From positions 1-64,000 of the forward strand of contig JAITVV010000063.1 in NCBI GenBank assembly GCA_031285625.1: a DNA stretch of 64,000 bases, given 5' to 3'. The notes below the pieces were generated by a model that was given only the letters and a program-made list of their open reading frames with translations, did not search any database and had not been told where the DNA came from. The position numbers and the translations under genes are program-made. The number at the start of each line of letters is the position of its first letter. Position 1 is the stretch's first letter. Origin of the DNA: Prevotella sp. (GTDB lineage: Bacteria; Bacteroidota; Bacteroidia; Bacteroidales; Dysgonomonadaceae). This document shows positions 18,854-27,150 of this stretch, one piece after another.

Positions 18854-18899
18854 GATGTTTTTCTTTTAAGGTTTAACAATGCTTTTCTAGTTTATTTAG

Positions 18900-19796
18900 T
18901 TAATTAAGGTAAATCTCTCCACGTTTCTTTTCTATTCTATATTTTGCTGATATCTGAAGTATTGAAAGTATTTCATCTAACGTTTCTTTTTCATTAAATA
19001 CAGCATTGAATGTCTTTTTTTGCATAGCTTGGTTTCCAATGTGTATCTTAACATGGAATGCCCTTTCCAGTTCTTGTGTAATCTCGGCTAAAGTGTTATT
19101 CTCAAAACGGAATTCTCCTGTAAACCATGACATAACATTATCCATGCGTATCGGCAAGATATCAATTTCTCCTTTTGATATTGAATATATTGCCTGTTGA
19201 TTAGGCATAAGGATTTTAGCAGACTCGGAGTATTGACCGTCTTCGTATAATGCGACCTTGCCTTCGAGTAGAGATATTTTAATTTCATCGCTTTGAGCAT
19301 CTGTTATTACATTAAAAGATGTTCCTAACACTTTAATCTGTAATTTCCCTAAATCCACAATAAAGGGCTTCTGTTCATCTTTATGTACTTGAAAAAATGC
19401 TTCTCCGGAGATATCTACTTTCCTATTTTCACCATCGAATGAACGGGGATAAGTAAGACGGGCATTGGCATTCAGCCACACTATACTGCTATCCGAAAGC
19501 ACAACTTTAGTCTTAGCGTCCGCCACGGCTGTTACTTCGTACCAGATTAATTCCGGTTTAGCATTATCTGTATTTAAGAAATGATAGGAAGAAACAATAA
19601 GAAGAGCTACAGAAGCAGCAATCGAAAACCATTTCCATACTGAAGATATACTTTTTCTTAAAGGTATATCTCCAATACCTACTCGTTCTTGTAACCGTAT
19701 ATAGTTTACTTCCGAATCATATTCAGGCGATTTGAATCGAATCCGGTTTATCAGATCGTCTTTTTTGTGTTCCTGTATATTATTATCATCTTTCAT
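18900..19796 (-). CDS. FecR-family anti-sigma factor
   Basis: Single TM helix; LSDSSIVWLNANARL, GEAFFQV, IKVLGTSFNV, DUF4974-like C-terminus. Confidence 0.92.
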   Translation of the reverse strand: MKDDNNIQEHKKDDLINRIRFKSPEYDSEVNYIRLQERVGIGDIPLRKSISSVWKWFSIAASVALLIVSSYHFLNTDNAKPELIWYEVTAVADAKTKVVLSDSSIVWLNANARLTYPRSFDGENRKVDISGEAFFQVHKDEQKPFIVDLGKLQIKVLGTSFNVITDAQSDEIKISLLEGKVALYEDGQYSESAKILMPNQQAIYSISKGEIDILPIRMDNVMSWFTGEFRFENNTLAEITQELERAFHVKIHIGNQAMQKKTFNAVFNEKETLDEILSILQISAKYRIEKKRGEIYLN

Positions 19797-19883
19797 GGTA
19801 GCGCTTTTATTATAAGATGACAGTGGTTGGTAAAAACTACGGGTTGATATCTAGTTTTTTTACAATTTTTCTAACTTTTTCTC

Positions 19884-19891
19884 TAACTTTG
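19884..19891 (+). promoter_or_regulatory. -7 promoter element for the ECF sigma gene
   Basis: TAACTTTG upstream of the ATG at 19958. Confidence 0.55.
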
Positions 19892-19957
19892 CTGAAAAGT
19901 ATGTAAATGTAGGGTATACAGAAATTACATACCTTAAATAAAAAGCTGTAAAAGAAA

Positions 19958-20500
19958 ATGGAGCTGGAGTACTTGTTAGATAAAATCATAGAAGGGGATG
20001 AGAATGCTCTGCGATTGCTATTTGAAAGGTATTCACTGAGATTATTTCAGCTTGCTTATTATTATTTACAGGCAAAAGAGCCTGCCGAAGAAACGGTATT
20101 GGATGTATTTACTATCTTCTGGAAGAAAAGACAATCTTTAGGTCATATTAAAAATATTGAATCTTACTTATACACTTCTGTCAAAAACCAGGCATTACAT
20201 TATATTCGCCGGGATTATTATTCTGATAAAACGAGTATTAATTTATATGAAGTAGAACTGATTCCTGAAAATAATGATCCAGAGAGTACCCTGCTCGACA
20301 GGGAGTATGAGCACCTTATACAAGAGGCCATAGATTCATTACCTCCGAAATGCAAAGAGGTGTTTCGTCTTGTTTTATCTGACAAGCTAAAGAACAGGGA
20401 GATAGCTGAGCTGTTATCTATCAGTGAAAGCACTGTGAATGAACATATTGCTTTAGCTTACAAACGTATATCATTATATGTGAGGAAACGTTATAAATAA
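19958..20500 (+). CDS. ECF RNA polymerase sigma-70 factor (Bacteroides expansion family)
   Basis: GDENALRLLFERY, YLYTSVKNQAL, LPPKCKEVFRL...EIAELLSISESTV; divergent from FecR. Confidence 0.92.
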   Translation: MELEYLLDKIIEGDENALRLLFERYSLRLFQLAYYYLQAKEPAEETVLDVFTIFWKKRQSLGHIKNIESYLYTSVKNQALHYIRRDYYSDKTSINLYEVELIPENNDPESTLLDREYEHLIQEAIDSLPPKCKEVFRLVLSDKLKNREIAELLSISESTVNEHIALAYKRISLYVRKRYK

Positions 20501-20626
20501 TATCATTTATTTTATATATTTAAAATAGAAAACCGTCTAAAAAACATATAATTTTCGTATATTTGAATCATAAAAGAATGCCAGTCAACATCAAGCCAAA
20601 AGTGGTATTTGAGAGACATTTGAACA

Positions 20627-20661
20627 CATTACTAAAACATTACGACTGAAATTGAGTAATG
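20627..20661. promoter_or_regulatory. Putative integrase arm-type sites, right end
   Basis: TTACTAAAACATTAC (20629-20643) is identical to 263-277; inverted AGTAATG at 20655-20661. Confidence 0.65.
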
Positions 20662-20706
20662 ATGTAAACGGTTGAAATAATAACATTTAGAAAATATAAA
20701 GTGGAA

Positions 20707-20720
20707 CCAGGTGGGACCAC
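20707..20720 (+). repeat. att core, right copy (tRNA 3'-end duplication)
   Basis: CCAGGTGGGACCAC is identical to 113-126. Confidence 0.9.
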
Positions 20721-20732
20721 AAATAAGTATCG

Positions 20733-20768
20733 AAAACCCTTGTAAGACAAGCTCTTGCGAGGGTTTTT
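20733..20768. terminator. Hairpin/terminator after the right att copy (may also terminate the HTH gene)
   Basis: AAAACCCTTGTAAGA-CAAGC-TCTTGCGAGGGTTTTT. Confidence 0.7.
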
Positions 20769-20815
20769 CATTTTCTGACTTCTCTTTAAAACTGAAAATT
20801 GTAAGAATATACAAA

Positions 20816-21772
20816 TTACAACCAATCAACATATTCCCTTTGCTTCTTAAAGTACTCAGCCTGAGCAACCTCATTTGATCCGCTGATTAAGGTAGAATAT
20901 TTTTTCATAGACAAAAACCATTCCTTGTGTGCTTCGCATATCTCAGGCTTGGTTAGTACTATTCTATTGAAAAAGTTGAGAGAAAAAGAGGAAGTTATTT
21001 TCCCGTTCCACTCATAATATACACTGTTTACATCAATATTAAAACTGGATAGATAAAAATAATTATTCGATTCAGAGTTAGTGGCACTTGTTCTCATCAT
21101 TTTTTCTGCGAAGTAGAGTATTTGATGAATATCTTTCTTTATTATTTTTATTTCCTCTTTGTTTATTAACTCCAGATCATGAAAATAACGAACTAGTTTT
21201 AAAGGGGTCAGAAATACATTTGGATCTAAAATAAACGAATTGTTTTTTAATCTTCTTGTTTTAACGTTTATATTACTTCTCAATTCTTCCAATTCGGCAG
21301 GAATTTCAACTTCCGAAAATTTAGGTTTTACGACGCCTCTGTCTCTCCAATGAAGCCACAGATAATAAGCTAGCTTAAACAAATTTTTATGATGGACACT
21401 GAATTCTGCCGGGAAGTAATTCAAGGCAAATATTGCACTTGAGGATTTATCAGTAAAACGGTTATCCACATCTGCTTTATACTTTCTCATTTTATCCAAA
21501 AAACCTTCTGTTGGATCTTTGTTGATTTTTAGATCTATGACTACCTTGCTATTATTGATTTTTAATGCTACAAGTTCGTCCAAAGAAAAATCCAATAGTT
21601 CTGACAAGATAATAAGTTCTTCGAAATAGAATGACATTTTTCCGCCTAATCTTCTGTATGCAGATTCCCGGCTAATGTCAAGTACCTCTGATAAATAATC
21701 AACAGGTTTGATATGAGAAGGTATTAGTTCCAGTATTTTATTGATAATTATTGTTTTTATATCTTTATTCAT
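20816..21772 (-). CDS. HTH (XRE/BetR-like) transcriptional regulator with uncharacterised C-terminal domain
   Basis: LSEVLDISRESAYRRLGGKMSF...FSLDELV HTH; C-terminal KKYSTLISG shared with the upstream paralog. Confidence 0.75.
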   Translation of the reverse strand: MNKDIKTIIINKILELIPSHIKPVDYLSEVLDISRESAYRRLGGKMSFYFEELIILSELLDFSLDELVALKINNSKVVIDLKINKDPTEGFLDKMRKYKADVDNRFTDKSSSAIFALNYFPAEFSVHHKNLFKLAYYLWLHWRDRGVVKPKFSEVEIPAELEELRSNINVKTRRLKNNSFILDPNVFLTPLKLVRYFHDLELINKEEIKIIKKDIHQILYFAEKMMRTSATNSESNNYFYLSSFNIDVNSVYYEWNGKITSSFSLNFFNRIVLTKPEICEAHKEWFLSMKKYSTLISGSNEVAQAEYFKKQREYVDWL

Positions 21773-22759
21773 AAGAATAATCCTTGTTTGTGATGTTTTT
21801 TATATAGCTACGTTGTTGATTTATAAATTTTATCTGTAAAATCTCATTACATCCGCTTATTAATGTCGAATATTTCTTAAGAGAATTAAACCAAGAAAGG
21901 TATGTCTTACATATTCTTGCATTAGTAGACCTGATATTTATTCCATAAGATATCCATAAGTTTATTGCCTCTTTATCATCATATTTGGAATATAGTCCTG
22001 ACGAATCAATCTGAGTACTGGATAAATAGATGTAATTTGTGTATCCTTCTATCCGATCTCCCTGTTTTATAATATACTCCATTACATCAATAAATTATAC
22101 AGGTCTTTTTGTAATAGAAGCATCTCACTATCCGAAATAAGCTGTCTGTTATAATAGTATTGAATTTCCCTAACTGTGTTTCTCAAAAAATAAATATCCA
22201 ATATATATGTATGGTTTCCCGATCTTTTATATGTCTTAAGTTTTTTTTGCTTAGCAAGAAGACTATCGGATAATACAATATCTGAGAGGCTGAAGCCCAA
22301 TGGTTTCAGTTGCGTCTGATGTATCCATCTATAGTAATAAAACTTAAACAAATAATCAAAATTAACAGATGTCAGAATCATCAAGCGGTTTGCAGTAACC
22401 ATTACTTCCAACTTTTTTGCCTTACTTGTTTTATCCAAGTTATGGATATATGCAGAAAGAAAATCCAGAAAGGTTTGTTGTGGATTGAATAGCTTATCTG
22501 ATTGAGACTGGAATAAGATAGGCTGTTGTCCCGCTTCATTATTCAAACTAGTATAAACTATTTCGTCCAAGGAAATAAATAACCTGGAAGATATCTTTAT
22601 CAGATCCTCTAGAGTAAAAGAGACTTCTCCCTTTATTCTCCTGTATATTGATTCTTTGCTGATACCAAGTACATCATGCAAGAAATCGACAGGGTTTAGA
22701 TACGATGGTATCTTTGCTAAGATTTTAGCAGTTATTTTTCTCCTTAATTCTGTCTCCAT
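21765..22759 (-). pseudogene. Paralogous HTH regulator split into 225+105 aa ORFs by a 1-nt frameshift near 22090
   Basis: The two ORFs together are colinear with the 318-aa neighbour; adding 1 nt gives ...YNFIDVMEYII... (~331 aa). A sequencing error is possible. Confidence 0.7.
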
Positions 22760-23022
22760 TTATTTTATCTATAAAATCAAAAGATGATGCGGACACAAAA
22801 ATATCATTATTTTCTTCAACTAAAACAATCGAGAAAATCAGTAGTAGCAACAAAACGGGCACTATATATAATGTAAAATAAAGCAAAAATCTTAATCATT
22901 ACCAATTGAAACACAGAAAAATATTGATAAATTTTCAATTATAACATTTTTGTTTGTCAGATACTTGAAAATATCTCATTTTATATTTAATTCTTTTTCA
23001 TTATTATCTTTTCCTAAAGCTC

Positions 23023-23030
23023 TAACTTTG
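23023..23030 (+). promoter_or_regulatory. -7 promoter element for the secreted-protein operon
   Basis: TAACTTTG ~95 nt upstream of the ATG at 23125. Confidence 0.5.
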
Positions 23031-23124
23031 TATCATTCAAAGACAATTTTATTCAAAAGCATAAGTCAACAAGTTCAAAGTAAATCTTACACAGATTTTT
23101 AATAGACAACATTATCTAAATAAA

Positions 23125-24270
23125 ATGCGTAACTATATTTTTCTAAAAGTACTAACTGATAAGTTTTTTCTGTTTGTACTGTTACTTGCTTCAACTATGT
23201 CTATATACAGCCAGGTTACAATAGGTTCAGATTCTCCCCCTAGACCGGGGGCCTTACTAGAACTGAAAATAAACGAAAACGATAGGGCTAATGCTAACAA
23301 AGGCATCTTACTTCCTCGTGTAAACCTTAAAGTAAAAAATCAGCTTTATCCTATGTTCGATGAAAATGATCAGACATATACCGACAGCGAAAAAAAGATC
23401 CATACCGGCCTGATGGTATATAATATGACTAATAGCTTGCTCGAAGATTTATGTCCGGGACCATATATTTGGGATGGTAACAATTGGGACAGATTATGGA
23501 AACCCTGTTCAGATGCATTCAAGATAGAATGTACTAATATTTATGTAACAGGATATATTGACAAAGATATGAGTGCGACTACTCCGGTCGTACAAATACC
23601 ATATAAAATATCAGGCACGATGCAAGGTACATATACTGTGCCTGCAGGCACAATAGGAAGCTATGGTAATGTAGTAGCCAAGGTAGAAAAGCAGACACTA
23701 ACATCTACGTCAGGATTTATCAATGTGAAATTTTCGGGAGCCCCTACTGTCATTGAAGACTTAATTCCTTTTTCTATCCAGATAGCGAATAGTACATGCT
23801 CTATCTACCTGTCAACCATAAAACCTCCGTCCGATTGTCCTGATGGCACTACCGCAAGGGGCTTTGTTTTCGAGCAAAATTCAAAATGGTATGTCGTGAC
23901 TTCCGGTATTTATAATAATTATAAAGTCGCTCAGACGATACAATGTGATACGGAAGAAGAAGCACTAAGCCATCCTGAGGCACTCCAATATTGCGGAGAT
24001 AAGAATGATAATAGATGTGTGAGACTCTTTAAAAGAGATGGTACACATGCCGGAAATGTAAATATGACAACCCGTAGTTCCGGCTGGTTAGAAGGTATTC
24101 TCGAATTTTACCTGGGATGTCAGATGAATATTATTGCTTATAGCGGCAGTAGAATACAATGTATCGAGTTTGGCAGAGGATATATTGGAGCAGTAAATGT
24201 TTCGGGAGGCAGAGGATATTTGGGATTTACATCCCAGATAGCAACTATGTCAACTAAGCCTTTGAGATAA
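23125..24270 (+). CDS. Secreted protein: QVTIG-family N-terminal domain, Ig-like stalk, Cys-rich tip
   Basis: Signal peptide then QVTIG..P.PGALLELK..NKGILLPRVNL..HTGLMVYN..PGPYIWDGNNW. Confidence 0.7.
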   Translation: MRNYIFLKVLTDKFFLFVLLLASTMSIYSQVTIGSDSPPRPGALLELKINENDRANANKGILLPRVNLKVKNQLYPMFDENDQTYTDSEKKIHTGLMVYNMTNSLLEDLCPGPYIWDGNNWDRLWKPCSDAFKIECTNIYVTGYIDKDMSATTPVVQIPYKISGTMQGTYTVPAGTIGSYGNVVAKVEKQTLTSTSGFINVKFSGAPTVIEDLIPFSIQIANSTCSIYLSTIKPPSDCPDGTTARGFVFEQNSKWYVVTSGIYNNYKVAQTIQCDTEEEALSHPEALQYCGDKNDNRCVRLFKRDGTHAGNVNMTTRSSGWLEGILEFYLGCQMNIIAYSGSRIQCIEFGRGYIGAVNVSGGRGYLGFTSQIATMSTKPLR

Positions 24271-24318
24271 AAAGTTTATAGCAAATGCGTTTATTATAAT
24301 AAGATAAAACCAAAACGA

Positions 24319-24974
24319 ATGAAACTATTAAAAACAATAATTTGTAGCCTTGTCTTCATATTCTTCTTATGTATCAGTGGAGGGTTGAAAGCTCAGGTAA
24401 CGATTGGTTCAGGCATTGAACCAAACAAAGGAGCATTATTAGACCTGAAAGAAAAAACTCCGGTCGATCCGGCGGTTGATAATTCTACTGCTAATAAAGG
24501 TATAGGGTTGCCAAGAGTAAATCTGACCTCATTAACTACTCTTACCGACATTAGTGACGCTGTTGGTAAGGAGCTACAACATACTGGCCTAATGGTTTAC
24601 AATATCAATACCGTTGTAGCAAGTAATATTTCGCCAGGAATATATGTATGGGATGGGATACAATGGGTCAAAGGCAATACTGAAACAGTAGCCAGTAATG
24701 AATTCTATTATATGCCGTCGTTTAATCTACCATTATCGACAGTAGGTACACAATATTATCCTATATACTGGAATATATAACCCAATTTACAAAAGCAGGC
24801 TTACCTGTTCATCCGGCGGATAAAATAGAGTTTAGAATAACCTATAATGACCCGTCACTGATTACCAATATTTCTTTTCCTGCCGAATATGGAAATGAAT
24901 ATATGAAATATGATGTAATAAGTACCACAGCCCCTGTTGGTTCATTCACAAATATTATTATCGTAGTAAAATAA
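24319..24974 (+). CDS. Secreted QVTIG-family protein, frameshifted near 24765 (fused ~218 aa)
   Basis: Same N-terminal domain. The -1 frame continues LEYITQFTKAG...SFTNIIIVVK* to 24974, 4 nt before the next ATG. Confidence 0.7.
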
Positions 24975-24978
24975 GTTA

Positions 24979-26787
24979 ATGAACATGATAAAAAGAATTA
25001 TATATATAGTTTCCGCGCTTATATTCTTATGTACTGGAGAAATAAATGCACAACGTGAAACATATAACTGGATATTCGGAGATAAGGCTGGCCTTACATG
25101 GAATACTACCCGTGATTTTACTGGTATCTATGTGTATGGAGGGACTGGTTCGGTGACTCTCAACGGTATGCCAACCAATATCACTTCTCCTTTGACTGCT
25201 ACACAGGGATGTTTTACCCTGTCTGACAGGAAAGGAAAGCTATTGCTCTTTTCTAATGGCTCTAAATTATATAATGCTAACAAGGTAATAATGAATCCGA
25301 CCACAGATATGGTCGGGAACATAGACAATGCCCAGTCAGGTATACTTTTCCCTTATCCGGACAATCCAGATAAATATGTGGCCGTGACAACCGGCAGGTG
25401 GAGCAATGACTTTCTTGGCTATACCATAATAGATATGAAAGGTAACTCCGGACTAGGAAATATAGAGTCAATGAACAATTCTTTCCCTGCTGGTCGTAAG
25501 GGAAAAGTCGGCTCCAGCATTACGAGTACCAGACATGCTAATGGCGTGGACTATTGGGTTATAGCTCCAGGTAAAGGAACTCCATCTTATATAAACATCT
25601 GGCGTTTCACCCCGGATGGAATAGCTCCCCCTCAGTCTTTTCAGCTTCCTGCTAACGTAGAAGAAAACAAAGCAAACGGATACTTTAAGATTTCTCCCGA
25701 CGGAAAACATTTCGTTTGGGGAACCTTCAGCGACAGTAAACTGTTTTTTGGAAATTTTGATAATGCTACAGGAACCTTTAGCAATATAAGACATATCACA
25801 AGCTCGGCTGGAGGCAATGAGTTCTATGGGGTTGAATTTTCAATGTCGGGGAAATATATGTATGTAAGTAAGACAGCAAGTGGGTTAGTTTCAGAATTTC
25901 TTCTATATGTGTTTGATTTCGATGCGCTTATAAATTCATCGAACCCTCAGAATTATTATCAGACCCAAATGAAGCGGATATCTTTTCCCTCCACAAGTGG
26001 TATGCCTGCGGCACTTCAGCTGGGACCCGATGGCAGAATGTATATATCCGGATATCCATATTTTTCGTCTCCTGCCTCTTTTTACGTAATAGAAAATCCC
26101 GAACAATATAATAACTTGAAAATTTACAGACTGGATAATTTTCTTACAGGATCTCCCTATTTTGGCCTGCCTTCGTTTGCTGCTTCATGGTTTGAACTCA
26201 AGATCGGGGGTGAAACAGAATTTTGTTTAGATAATGTTGAAAGAGAATATACTCTTGTAATATCGAAAGGAGTCGGTAGTGAACAGCTTGCATACACACA
26301 GTGGAACTTTGGCGACGGATCGACTTTAATAAAAGATTATAATGTGACTGATGGTAATATACAATCCTATATGCATGCTTACAATACTGCCGGAAATTAT
26401 ACCATTACTGTAACAAGCCATAAAGCAAATGGTGAAGAAATAACAGCAATGGGCAGACAGACACTGAATATTAAAGTTCTTGACGTGCCTTCATTCACTG
26501 TTACGGCAAATGACGTATGTATAGGCGAGTCGGGAACAATGACAGTAAATATAACAGGTAATGATTTTACTATAAACTGGTATAATAGCATGGCTAGTAT
26601 AACTCCCATCGGTACAGGTAAAACATGTTCTACGGGAATGCTAAATGCCGAGGGGACAGTCACATTCTATGTGGAGGTTGTAAATACCTTAGGATGTAGT
26701 TCCGGAAGAGTAGCCGTAAATGTAACGGTAAAATCCTGTGGAAACAACTTTATCCCTGTAAATCCGCATATAAGGATTACTCATTAA
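24979..26787 (+). CDS. Secreted beta-propeller + PKD + Ig-like protein with C-terminal PVNP motif
   Basis: Signal peptide; NWIFGDKAGL, ALQLGPDGRMY; PKD WNFGDG...HAYNTAGNYTITV; ends IPVNPHIRITH. Confidence 0.7.
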   Translation: MNMIKRIIYIVSALIFLCTGEINAQRETYNWIFGDKAGLTWNTTRDFTGIYVYGGTGSVTLNGMPTNITSPLTATQGCFTLSDRKGKLLLFSNGSKLYNANKVIMNPTTDMVGNIDNAQSGILFPYPDNPDKYVAVTTGRWSNDFLGYTIIDMKGNSGLGNIESMNNSFPAGRKGKVGSSITSTRHANGVDYWVIAPGKGTPSYINIWRFTPDGIAPPQSFQLPANVEENKANGYFKISPDGKHFVWGTFSDSKLFFGNFDNATGTFSNIRHITSSAGGNEFYGVEFSMSGKYMYVSKTASGLVSEFLLYVFDFDALINSSNPQNYYQTQMKRISFPSTSGMPAALQLGPDGRMYISGYPYFSSPASFYVIENPEQYNNLKIYRLDNFLTGSPYFGLPSFAASWFELKIGGETEFCLDNVEREYTLVISKGVGSEQLAYTQWNFGDGSTLIKDYNVTDGNIQSYMHAYNTAGNYTITVTSHKANGEEITAMGRQTLNIKVLDVPSFTVTANDVCIGESGTMTVNITGNDFTINWYNSMASITPIGTGKTCSTGMLNAEGTVTFYVEVVNTLGCSSGRVAVNVTVKSCGNNFIPVNPHIRITH

Positions 26788-26879
26788 CAGGTTAAACGCT
26801 GAATCCTTTAATTGTTATAAATATGAGTTGTTTTGAGTCTTACATAGCAATTAATTTGTAGTTTGTAAAGTTTGTGTAG

Positions 26880-26913
26880 AAAATCCGGTAAGCCGTGAGG
26901 CCCACCGGATTTT
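26880..26913 (+). terminator. Hairpin/terminator downstream of the operon
   Basis: AAAATCCGGT-AA-GCC-GTGA-GGC-CC-ACCGGATTTT with GNRA loop. Confidence 0.65.
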
Positions 26914-27150
26914 GGTTACTGGAAGAAGAACTTTAGAATGTTCTGACATAGGATTAACTGAATAATTCCCAATCCCTTTCACTTAAATAAATTAGGCCAG
27001 ATCTCCCGAAAATAGGAATCAAGCCTAAACATTTAATGTGGTGGCTGTCCGGGAGTAGGAAATTATTCTCCAAACTCCCTCAACAACCAATTACCAATCA
27101 CCTAATCATCCCACATGATTACTAAATCTTTATATTAGCAAATCCATTAT

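Larger units (their letters stand above)
113..20720. mobile_element. Integrative genomic island (~20.6 kb) inserted at a tRNA 3' end, carrying a PUL
   Basis: 14-bp direct repeat CCAGGTGGGACCAC at 113-126 and 20707-20720; integrase next to the left end; shared TTACTAAAACATTAC motif near both ends; mobA, oriT-like and rteC remnants. Confidence 0.9.

Noticed and set aside
20632-20874. Small ORFs (80 aa and 61 aa) over the right island end
   Set aside because: They overlap the att core, terminator and arm sites, and have no protein-like features.
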